Shown: piece by piece, positions 48,861 through 59,493 of the stretch
Numbering within the stretch: position 1 is the stretch's first letter
Layout of the letters: each line of letters opens with the position of its first letter
Source of the DNA: Amphiscolops sp. MND2022
Taxonomy: Eukaryota
Reading direction: 5' to 3'
Assembly: GCA_964187785.1 (NCBI GenBank)
Contig: OZ076409.1
Coordinates: 3,908,001 to 3,972,000, forward strand
Length of the DNA stretch: 64,000 nt
The notes under the pieces: generated by a model
Seen by the model: the letters and a program-made list of their open reading frames with translations, nothing else
Database searches by the model: none
Told to the model about the DNA's origin: nothing
Position numbers and translations under genes: made by a program

Positions 48861-51800
48861 TTGGACATGTTCAAGCAAAAACCCATAATTGTTGACGGGA
48901 AAGCAAATTATGTGAAGCTTGCCTTCCTGAACATTCTCTTCCCAACGATGTTCTCCCTACATCCCGATAAGAAATTTGGTCTCAAGAAAAATGGCCCACG
49001 AAAGATCAAAACATACATCGAGAAACATTTCAACGGGTCAAAAGTCCAGATCAACGATGTCTATAAGCCTAACGGGATCAAGTCCGAACGATCTGCTGCA
49101 CTGCGAGAAGATATATTTGATCTAATGATGATATCTGCCCCACCGTGCACACTTCCTTGGTCTCCCGAAAGACTACAATATTTGAGACATTTCTATCCAA
49201 CTTTGCCCCTTGCTTGTATCGACGCACAAGAATTGAAGACTGTTGATGTATCGATCCTGAACGCACCCGATGCGCCAGCCGACTTATCAATTCAATCAAC
49301 TTGAGAAGTCACAGGTCTGGTCTAATTCATTTAAACTTTTGATAGATTCAACCGAATCCCTGAATCAGTTCGCTCTGAGTTTGAGAGACTATCTCTACAA
49401 ACAAAAAGATGTTTCAAAAAGAAAGATTACTATTGTCTGTCGACTCCTCAGAATGCTACTTCCAAATCTTTTCAGTAAAGATAGAGACGAAACACAAATC
49501 AATATCCAATGCCTCCTTATGATGAACAAACATCAGGACCTTCTCGTGAAGATACGCCAGTTACTCCAGTGCCGATTCGTGAAAGCGACGATATTGCCAT
49601 CACGACTCGAACTTTCAATCATCAATAGACGGAATAATGATTTATTCAGAACTATGCTTGAACCATCGAGAACGCATACCGGCTTCCGTGTAAACCTTGT
49701 GAACTTTGTGAAGTTTGTTGCCCTTCATGTCTATGGAAAGAATTCCATCTCAGGATTGCGAATCGACATTTATACACATTTATACGACAGTTGATACAAT
49801 GTCACGAGGCAAACGAGATGTCGTGAGAATGGCCTTCCGCATCTTAGATACTGAAATTGAAACTGAACAATCTTCGACGCATGTTTTCAATTTCGCAGTT
49901 TTCGACGTAAGTTTTTGGCTTTTGTGTTTTCCAATTTTGCTTTCTGATTTGATCTTCAATGTGAATATATTTCTTAGAATTTTGCTTACTGACGTCATCT
50001 TCGGTTCATGTTTTGTTTTCATTTTACTTACTGGCATGATCTTCCAAAAGTTCTATGTTTCTTTAATTTTGCTTACTGGCATGATCTTCCATGTCGTGTA
50101 TGTTTTCACAGGGGAAAGATGTACGAGTCAATTTAGAGTATAACCTGACAATGGCGAACGTATTAGGACACAATGGGTGGTTATACAATGAAGCCAAAGC
50201 ATTGCATGAAGAAGGAGCCCTTTTGAATTGTTCAGGTGATTCGCCTTTCCAGCTGATATCACTGAAAGGAGTCAATAGTGACGTGTCATGCCTATCGAAA
50301 ATGTGCCTGTATGTTCCTGATCATCACATTTTGTCGCAAATTGTCCCAAAGCAGCAAGTGAAAAAGAACAGTGAAGCACACAAGACGGCGAAGGAAGGCA
50401 AGGATGCGATTCTTCCTTCCACGGTTGATCATTTCACTGGAAGACGAACTGTGCTGACTATTTATATCAACGAACAAATTCCATCGCTTATGTTTTTGAA
50501 GTCCACATTCAACACGTGCCCTAATGTTCTTCACATGATTATTCGATCTGTCGAAAGTGATTTGAAGCTACACGTCGATTCACTGATCATATCTAACATA
50601 CTTGCGATATCGAAATTAGAATGTAATATTACACAAAGAAATGTAAAGCCGTCTCGGTTCAGTTTTGAAATAGTTGATAGGATTTGTAAGGCTGTTACTT
50701 TGATCTTTCGAGACGCCGAAGTCATAATTTCGGACTGTACACGGACGAGCGAATATGGACGAATGGATACTCCTAAATTCGAAGAGGTATATTCATTCAA
50801 AGAGGCACATGTTTACAAGGCTGATCAGGCGAATGAAAATGCACCATATAATGTACTGATATCCTTGGTGGACGATTTAGAAACATCGTTTCCGAAAGGC
50901 ATTGGTATTTCACAACGGAAATTGGCCGATCTGCAATTTCAATCGCTTTACCAACTGCTGGAGCTACTGCGACAACGGGCGTTGACTGATCTCCAAAGTA
51001 GTAGAGACCTTTACGAGACATATTATCAAAGTACCATATGTCTATTTGGGGATCGTGCCTTGACTCCGTACAAACTGAAGATCGACATGCTGCTGAGGAT
51101 AATCGAATAGGGAGAGATTTTAGCCCCATTTAATTACATGACCGAAGGCACAGAAAAGAGTCACCATACAGCCAGCAAAGATTACAATTCGAGAACGATG
51201 CGCGACGGCTGTAACGATGCTTGGAATATGTCGTCAAAATATCTTGACATACGATTTTCACTCTTTCGAGCCATTGATTTGTCGTCGTCAAAGTCGAAGT
51301 TGCTTCAGCAGTGCCCCGACCAAATAACCAAGACGTATCTACAGATTTGCCAAGAGTCGATTGATGAGCCATCTCTTGACATCGGAAGGACAAGCGATAT
51401 TTTCAGATGCATACACTTCGTTGTTCTCGGAACATATGGGCACTTGAAAGAAACTCAAGGAAGTTTGGAGAGGAACATTTTGAAAAATGTTGGCATTGTT
51501 CTGAGCAATACAGACATCATTAATCGAAGCAAGTTTAGTTTCCTGAGCCACCATTACTCTGTCCTCCCGAATAGCAAGTGCATAGATACTTTGGTAAAAA
51601 ACACGCCCGGCACGAAGGAGACACTTACTACCAAAGCGGTAAATCATACCACCCTGGGCAATTGGATTTACTTGAAAGCCGAATTCATTACTGATTGTGT
51701 GAAGAAAAACATGTTGATGGATCCCAAAAACTACTTTTTTGAACTGGATGCCACAGCAAGGGCTAAATTGAGAAAAACACGTTTCCAGAACATTGCGCCG

Positions 51801-51920
51801 CAATTACAACGACAATCACAACCTCTCGGAGCTGGATCGATAACATACCATACGGCAATCAGAAAGTATAAAATCGCCCAGAAAGCATTGAAAAAGAAAT
51901 TCAACAGCGTCGATTATTGA
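48861..51920 (+). pseudogene. RAG1/Transib-like DDE transposase with C-terminal BRCT domain, copy 2
   Basis: Putative triad: LRIDIY..VDTMSRGKRDVVRMAF (D1, broken by a small duplication at ~49767-49790), LNCSGDSPF (D2), MTEGTEKSHH (E); also CPNVLHMIIRSVE and LTPYK. Phase-0 intron 49907-50111 (FD|GKD); stop at 51108-51110. BRCT IFRCIHFVVLG...WIYLKAEFITDCVKKNMLMDPKNY. Confidence 0.75.
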
Positions 51921-52159
51921 CCCTACAATTTTTAATGATTCACACTTTTGTTAAACGCTATAAATACAGCACTCTGATTAAGAAAACGTCCCCCGGGCGT
52001 ACTGTGTATGACGCTGAAAGTTTATTTAAACGTCCCTCAAAATTATCACCGCCAGGTAACAGCCTGTTTTTAAATGGTTGAATAATTAAAATAGACAATC
52101 AGTTTTTCACAAAGAGTCCTTCAAGACTATGAAAAAAATGAAAAGGCTCTTCCCATACA

Positions 52160-52452
52160 ATTTTTTTGACATGATCCTCAGACCCACAAACTTTTTTGAC
52201 AAGATCCCCCAGACCTACAAATTGTTTTTTGACATGGCCACTCATTCCTAAAAAATTCTTTTTGACATGATCACTCAAACCTACAAATTTCTTTTTTGAC
52301 ATGATCACTCAGACCTACAAAGTTCTTTTTTGACATGGTCATTCAGACCTAAAATTTTCTTTTCTGACACGGTCACTCAGACCTACAAATTTCTTTTTTG
52401 ACATGGTCACTCAGACCTACAAATTTCTTTTTTGACATGGTCACTCAGCACT
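52160..52452 (+). repeat. ~34-bp minisatellite downstream of the transposase
   Basis: Same unit as 48400-48830, ~8-9 copies. Confidence 0.9.
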
Positions 52453-53540
52453 CCATATTTCTTGTATATATTGTAGAATCGATGGAATAATTACACTCAA
52501 GTTTTTTTTACTGGCATGATCAGACGACAAGTATAACTTTGTTTACCGGCATGATCAGAACACAACAATTATAGTAATTTTGGGACCATGTCATTTATTT
52601 CCCCGAGGTACACTTTGAAATTGAATTTTGTTCGCGGTAAAAACTAATGAGCAACTACTTGTTACTTACTGGCAATCGATGTAATGGATAGGATTATTTC
52701 ATCAATTATTTTATTGGATCAAAATTTCAGCGCAAACGATGTCGACATAATGGTATTTGAACATTTTGTCTTATTACTCCCCGCTGCAGTTTGGGGGATA
52801 GATGACATGGTCCTAATTATGTGTACTGGCATGATCATAATATACAAAAACCAGAAATGAAAAACAACGAAATCATTACGTACCAAATAGCATAAGAGCA
52901 AATGACATCAAAACAAAAATAGTTTTAAATAACCTAAAATTCAAATTAGTTTCAAATAACAAAAAACCGACTATCCGGTTAAACAATCGACATCAGAAAC
53001 TTTCACCTGTAGTTTCCACGCTTTTTTGAGTGATTATTTTGAATTGTGAATTACTTTGACCACTAAATCATTCTCGTAAACAATTTTTTTTGTTTGGTGA
53101 AACTCATCATGAAAACTAAAAATGTTTACGAGAAATTTTTTGTTTATATAGAAATCTAGAAATTTGAAATTAATTTCAAATGACAAACATGAAATGACTT
53201 CATTTTTATGTGATTTGACACTAATTTCGACTTTGTTATTTGCCAAATGTTATATGGGAATTCACCAACAAAAATTCATAAAAGAATTCTGTCTTCCTTT
53301 TTGGTTGTGCTTTGGATAAAATTGATCGTCGGTCTGGATAAATTGGCCAATACGGTGTCCATTCAGTAAACAGAAACCACTGCATGCAGAAATCAAAATT
53401 ACATGTAGACTCTAATTTCAGAAGAACTGCGCTAATTAATGGCGTGTAATAATGCTTGGAACACTAGACCCAGCCATAACAATTTAAAACGCTACCTTTC
53501 CACTAAAATGAAATGAATTTAATAATTCAGATGAGTTGAT

Positions 53541-53806
53541 GGATCTTTTCTGTTAATTCCCCTCATCGATTTGTCCTACCCCAACACCATATGTTATTTG
53601 CTCTTATTTTGAATCTTTTTTGATAATCCTCCCGAGTATTTTGATAAAGTTAAGCGGTTTTGAGAAGTTATTTTTGATTTGATAGTAACAACCAATCAAA
53701 TTGCAGTATTTCTAATTCTAACTGCAACTGAAACTTATCGCTGATAATGGTGGGAATTAAATTTTCTGCGCTTGCTGTGGGGGATTGTAATTAACAGAAA
53801 AGATCC
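53541..53806. mobile_element. MITE with perfect 18-bp TIR (related copies ~59580-59790 and ~60933-61078)
   Basis: GGATCTTTTCTGTTAATT ... AATTAACAGAAAAGATCC. Confidence 0.8.
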
Positions 53807-54095
53807 CTTACTTTATTAAGGAATCAACTGAAAAATCTCGTCATCTCAGATTAGCTTCGCATAACAAGTTGCGTTTTCAAACCAATTGTCAATTTGGTGA
53901 ATTGTGGCTTTTGATTAATTTCCAAAGAAAGTCAACTACCTCCACGAGAGAAAACAACTATCAAGCCAGATGAAAGAAATGCTTTACTTTTGTTAACTGG
54001 CGTGATTTGATTACTGGTGTGATCTGCGAATAAATTCACATTCAAATGAAGCATCAAAAATCAAACCACGATTGGTCCCAAAATGTTAACATGTG

Positions 54096-54213
54096 AAAAA
54101 ATCAGTAATAATCAGCAATCAGTGAAGATTGAATGAAATAGAGTCAATTGAAAAATTTCATTTGACTCTAATTCATTCAACAATCACTGATTGCTAATCT
54201 TTACTGATTTTTT
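54096..54213. repeat. ~118-bp imperfect palindrome
   Basis: aaaaaatcagtaa..agcaatcagtga..ttgaatgaa.tagagtcaa / ttgactcta.ttcattcaa..tcactgattgct..ttactgatttttt. Confidence 0.8.
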
Positions 54214-55372
54214 ACTATGATTTCCTAAATATCCTACGGAAAGTTTATTGCGTTAATATTTCACTGTTGTTGCCAACTTTTATCCAGCTGCTTTAAAGAT
54301 TCATGAAAGTTTTGGCGGCAATTTCTTGCCGCGAAGTTCTGAAATATCCAATTTGATATGCATCAGTTCTAAAATCAGATGAGTAGTTTCAAGATTTACC
54401 ACCGGAACTTTACTGAATTTTCTAGGTTTTATAAAAATTCACCCTGCATGCAGGTCTGCAGCATGCGAAAATTTTCTGCAGTCTCAACTAGGAAATTCAT
54501 TATATGTTTTTCAATAGATTTATCTAGATTTTCAAAAGTATATATAAGTGTCCAATGCCTCAGCATAATGGGGACACAGGCTCAGATGATAATTCCCGCG
54601 GGCATTCGAAGCTAAAAGTGTTTAATAGTACCTCCTGATCGATCCCCGCCAACAACCCACTGGCTAGGCGATTCTATGCAGACAACCCTCATGAAGATTC
54701 CCTTCATATCAGAAGACAATGTAGTTGTTCCTCTTAACGACGATAGGAAGAGCCCATATCGAAGTATCACTGCGCCACTGCATCCCTTTTGATGTCCAAT
54801 TTTCGATCTTATCAAACTCGGATAGATTCAGATAAAAATAATGGGTGAATTTCACATGAAATGCATTCATATGGAACGAATTTTTTAAACCTAAGTTCAG
54901 TAATTGAAAGTAAATTCAAGTTATTTGAATTTGGTTTACTGGCATGGTGAGGATTTTTCATTGTGAAAATTCACATTCAAACGATAAATGAATGAATTTT
55001 GATTACCGGTATGATCAGATTGAATTTGAATTCAGATGAATAAATGTGAGTTTACTCGCAGATCTTACCAGTAATCAAATCATATCTTGCCCGTTCTTCA
55101 AAAGAACTTCCTTCGTTTTGAATTCAAATCACTTAGAGTTCAATACTAATCACCATTCAATACTGATGTTCTATTGATGTTCAATACTGGCAATAACTAA
55201 ACCATCAAGCCTTGAAGTGGAACATTACATCAACACACGCATGTTAATACATGTAAAATACTACGTTGCCATGTTTAACAAATTAGGTGAAATCAATCTG
55301 ATCATACCAGTGATCAAAATTCAATTATTCGCTTCCGATGCGAATGTAAGTTCAGATGATTAAAAAAACTTC

Positions 55373-55875
55373 CCTTTCTATCGTTGTGAAGGGAAATAAC
55401 AACAATCAACAACTAATTCATCTTTTATTCACATCACAAAGGATTGCAGTGGTTTTGCAATTGTGCCTTCCTGTCGCTGTGAAAGGGAATAACAACGATA
55501 AACAACTAATTCATCTTTTTTTCAAAACAAAAAGGGATGCATTGGATCTTCAATTGTGCCTTCCTATCGCTGTGAAAGGGAATAACAACGCTCAAGAACT
55601 GATTCATCTTTTTTTCAAATCAAAAAGGATTGCAGTGGTTTTTCAATTGTGCCTTCCTATCGCTGTGAAAGGGAATAACAACGATCAAGAACTGATTCAT
55701 CTTTTTTCAAATCAAAAAGGATTGCAGTGGTTTTTCAATTGTGCCTTCATATCGCTGTGGAAGGGAATAACAACAATCAAGAACTGATTTCTTTTTTCAC
55801 ATCAAAAAGGGATACAGTAGCGCAGTGGACCTCCAATTATGCCTTCCAATTATGCCTTCCGATCGCTGTGAAGTG
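55373..55875. repeat. 93-bp tandem repeat (~5 copies)
   Basis: cttcctatcgctgtgaaagggaataacaac... at 55467, 55560 and 55653. Confidence 0.9.
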
Positions 55876-57624
55876 GAACGATGTCTTTTGCCAAATCGAT
55901 ATGGGGGTAATACAGAGTGGTCTGTATAGAGTCACCGAGCAGTGCGTATGTTAGGGAATCGATCCGGCGGTAGACAACGGTGCTAACTTCACTTCATACT
56001 CAAGTGAAATATTAACTGCGCCACCATCCCCAACATGCCGTTGCATTGAAAACATGTTTACACTCACACAAGTTTATCTTTCGTTTCTCTGACTGTCCAA
56101 CTTGAATTGTATAATACTTTGTAATCGAATTGTACAATATTTTTAACAGTTCTAAGTAACGATTGCATTTCAAACAGCATTACAATCACGCGTGTAATAT
56201 TAGAATGCTTCACTCTAATGCGTTAATGTTTCAGTAATCACAAAAAGCCAAACCAAAAAATTTATGGTTAAAATGTTTGCATGCTGTCACGATCAGTTTG
56301 ATTAAGTGTTGTCAAAGTCAGTTTCGTAGCTGAAACGTATCTATTTGGTTGCTGAAGGTGCTATTTGATTTGTGTGTGTGTGTGTGGTTGGGGCTGTGGG
56401 TCATTCGTATCAAGGTGTAACGGGTTGGTGAGGGGTGCATATGAAGTGTATACATGCATATAAATAGTATCACTGTAGCTATTCAAAAAATTGGTTTTCA
56501 AGCCTTTTAGCTTCAAATAACATAAAACTGAAATTACTTTCATTTACCATAAAAAGAAAAGTGATAACCCGGTAAAAATTTCTATTTGTAATTTCTAGAC
56601 CACTTAAACTTTCTCGTCAACAATTTTTGTTTTGTGAAACTGTTTTCCATCAACTTTGTCGGGCACAAATAACTGCTTAGATTACAAATCTCAACGAAAA
56701 ATTACTTTTGCCCAGTATAATTTAGTTTTAAAGAGGCTCTCAGTTAGGGGATCACATAGTGTCGCCCATAACAAGACCCACGCCGAGAACGTGGCCTCTG
56801 AAGGGTCTCAAAACTTGTAAATACATCTAACTAACAATACTTCAACCCTGTGTTGTGTAGGAAAATGAACACATGGTCCAGTTTATTTTCAAACATTTTG
56901 CTTACTGGTAGATCAGTAAGCAATTAGTTCAAATCATTAAACTCTAAATTGACATAATTAGTTAGTTACACTAAATGGCTAGATTCTTTTGCGTGCAGGT
57001 GTCATCCAATGTAAACTTTGGTGTATGTATGTATGTGTTAATGTAAGTATGCGGTAATTGTTTAATCGCGTAATTCAGTCAAAGTTAATGTGTAATTTAG
57101 TCAAAGTTATTAAACGCCAAGCAACTATTCAATGTAAAATGATGTGTTGGAAGAAATTATTAAATTGCCGTAAACTAGTCAAATTTTGACTAAATTACAC
57201 TTTTCGATAGTTTTTTAAATGTAGACTCAATAAAAGTGAAATTTAATCGAACTTTGACTAACTTACACCTTACTAAATTAGCTTGTTAATTTTGACTGTT
57301 TTACACCATTTACTAACTACGCATTTTGACTGGAATTCACCGCGTTCGCATTACACTTTGCTGCACCACTACACTTATGGATTACTACAGTCTTTGACAA
57401 ATTTACAGTAATTGAATATTTTACCCAGAAAACTATTTACACCAAGTGATAACTTTCCACTTTTGCGGGACATGTATCGTAATGACGTGGAAACCAAACA
57501 CATACACTAATACAATGCAGAACTTCACTTGAAAGGGTAAACCCATATTTTGTGTAATGGAACGACTAAATTTGTTTTTCAATAAGTGCTAAACATGGTT
57601 CAAACGAGTGAAAATCTTTTTTAC

Positions 57625-59493
57625 CTCTCCGATTCTGACTGACTTGACTTCAATTGGGGCATCAGGTTAAGCAAGGTTGGCCGGTCGCAGAAACCGTTTG
57701 ATCTCCGCCACGAAGCCTTTTTTCACGGAGAATTTAGAGACGTTCAGTCCTTTGCAGTGCTTGGCTCCGTTTCTCCAAATCAATTGGACACCATCAAGGG
57801 GTCGAAGAAGGTGACCAAGCGTTCAGTTTGGTTGTCATGGGGACCTTGCCACTCAGCGTAGGAAAATCGACATTTTAGAGGCATGTTTTTGGAACATGCG
57901 AAGTGCTCTTGGTTGCCAAATGTGGGGAGTCCCGAAATTGAATGTCAAATCAAGTGGCTTCGGTGATTGGGCAATTTGACATGGGGTTGATCTCGCTATG
58001 TGGTTCCTCAGGCTGTATCCGTACCCGGATGACGTCCCACACGAAATGGAGAAGTGAAGAATTTTTCCGAAAAGTTTGTGTTTTTGGGCCTTCTATTTTA
58101 CATCACGAAAAATATGTTCTTTGTTTTCGTTTTTTTTCTTTCGCGTACGATAATCGGTTCAAGACCTGAAAAAATTCCAAAACATGAATAAACAAAATCC
58201 TGGAAACAATCTGAACAATAACGGTAATGGTTATTCCTGACTTCTTCGCAAGCAGCAATCTTTCCAGGTTGTTTCGTGCAGTATTTGGCTCTTCTTTGAT
58301 GGCGCTCTTTACTTTTTTTGATCGTCAAAATCTGACCACCTTTCTCGCAGGTCAAATTCTGAGCAACTTGTTCCTGCTTGCTGACTTTTTTGCATGCCCG
58401 AAGAAGACTGGTTAAATGCCATTTTCTTCCAGCAACGTAGTCGCAATTCGGAAACGGGAAGCCTAAACATATCTTTTTAAATTATACGAGATGAAGAAGT
58501 CAAACAAAAAACCATACCTATACATACAATATACATGCATAATTCGGATTGTTTTCCACGAGTTACAAAAATGATGTTTTATTTAGATTGTTCAAAACTT
58601 TGAAAAATGGTATACATGATATATTGATCCACGTGATGGTTGATTTGACAAACTATTTATCATTCACTTTACAATTACAAAAAAATGGAGCTTGTATTTT
58701 GTCAAATGGATTTGTCAAAACGAGTACAAGAACGAGTATATGAAACTCTTACGTTTTTTAGGTGGCAGAGTTGTATCTCGAAATTAGTCACAGAGTTGCC
58801 TTCTTCGGTTTTCTAGCAAGCCAGGGCAGGCGCGGGCAAGATCAGCAAGGGCTTCTCGGGGGGGGGGGGGCATAATGATCGCAAGCACCGAATGTGCAGA
58901 GATGACCTGAGTAATGAAACAAAGATGAAAATGTATACGAAAAATAAAGACTCATACACAGGGGTGTTCGAACCATAACTGCGTGAAAAAATATTGGCAA
59001 TTAATGGAATCAAATAATGGATTGGAAGAACCGACTTAATGCAACAACGTTGATAGAAGACGCCATTTATTTTTATTCAAAATTACCATGGCATATTTCA
59101 ATTCTGCGAACAAAGATAAATAATTCCGTTCTGAAGAAAAAAAAGCTCCATTCTTTTTTGAACATCTTTGTTCATAAAGACCCAAAAACTCAACAGAAGT
59201 AAGTCCAGAATAAAGTGCAGAAACGTTCAGCACAAATTCAAACATTTTTCGCCGTCGAAGTTGAAGTTTGATAGTTTTTGACTTACTTCACTCGTAGTCA
59301 AGAAAAACTTTGTTTTATCAGGCTGTAGATTTTTCAGTAATTCAGGAATTTACGACTTACCAAAGAACCGTTCTGGTGATGAGTCAGACGAGTCCACGCG
59401 GGATCTAACATTCTGAGAAGTGCTGGGTCCGGTAGCTTGCTCGGAAGTACTTACAGGTGTTTTCTTCAATTTCGGCTGTAACAACTTGAACAT
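57625..59493 (-). pseudogene. ZnF-JmjC gene copy 1, 5' exons
   Basis: Exon ~59493-59361 splices in frame to FPFPNCDYVAGRKWHLTS..LTCEKGGQILTIKKSKERHQ (zinc fingers as in copy 2). A later exon FSYAEWQGP...LIWRNGAKHC...PANL..IEVKSVRIGE|gt aligns to copy 2 FPIARWNGP...IVWQIGVDHC...PQNL..INVKSAKLGQ|gt. Confidence 0.78.

Larger units (their letters stand above)
33817..57484. mobile_element. Candidate ~23.7 kb cut-and-paste DNA transposon carrying JmjC, SET, orphan and transposase-BRCT genes
   Basis: Left TIR CATCACGATACATATCCCCGCAA; right TIR (reverse complement) CATTACGATACATGTCCCGCAA. AC duplicated at 33815-33816 and 57485-57486. Removing the insert restores the 166-bp repeat (atgacgtggaaaccaaacac, as at ~33646) and rejoins the exons of JmjC copy 1. 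Confidence 0.8.

Noticed and set aside
48400..52452. Minisatellites (also 12966, 38105, 55373) as CRISPR arrays
   Set aside because: Head-to-tail units without unique spacers, no cas genes, eukaryotic context.
55356..55954. ORFs with 31-aa repeats
   Set aside because: By-product of a 93-bp tandem repeat; no domain signal.
33812..57486. 5-bp TSD ATGAC (Transib-like)
   Set aside because: It would remove ATG from the right TIR, but all three right-end copies (24974, 38523, 57484) end in TAATG. The 2-bp TSD is preferred, though 5 bp is not excluded.
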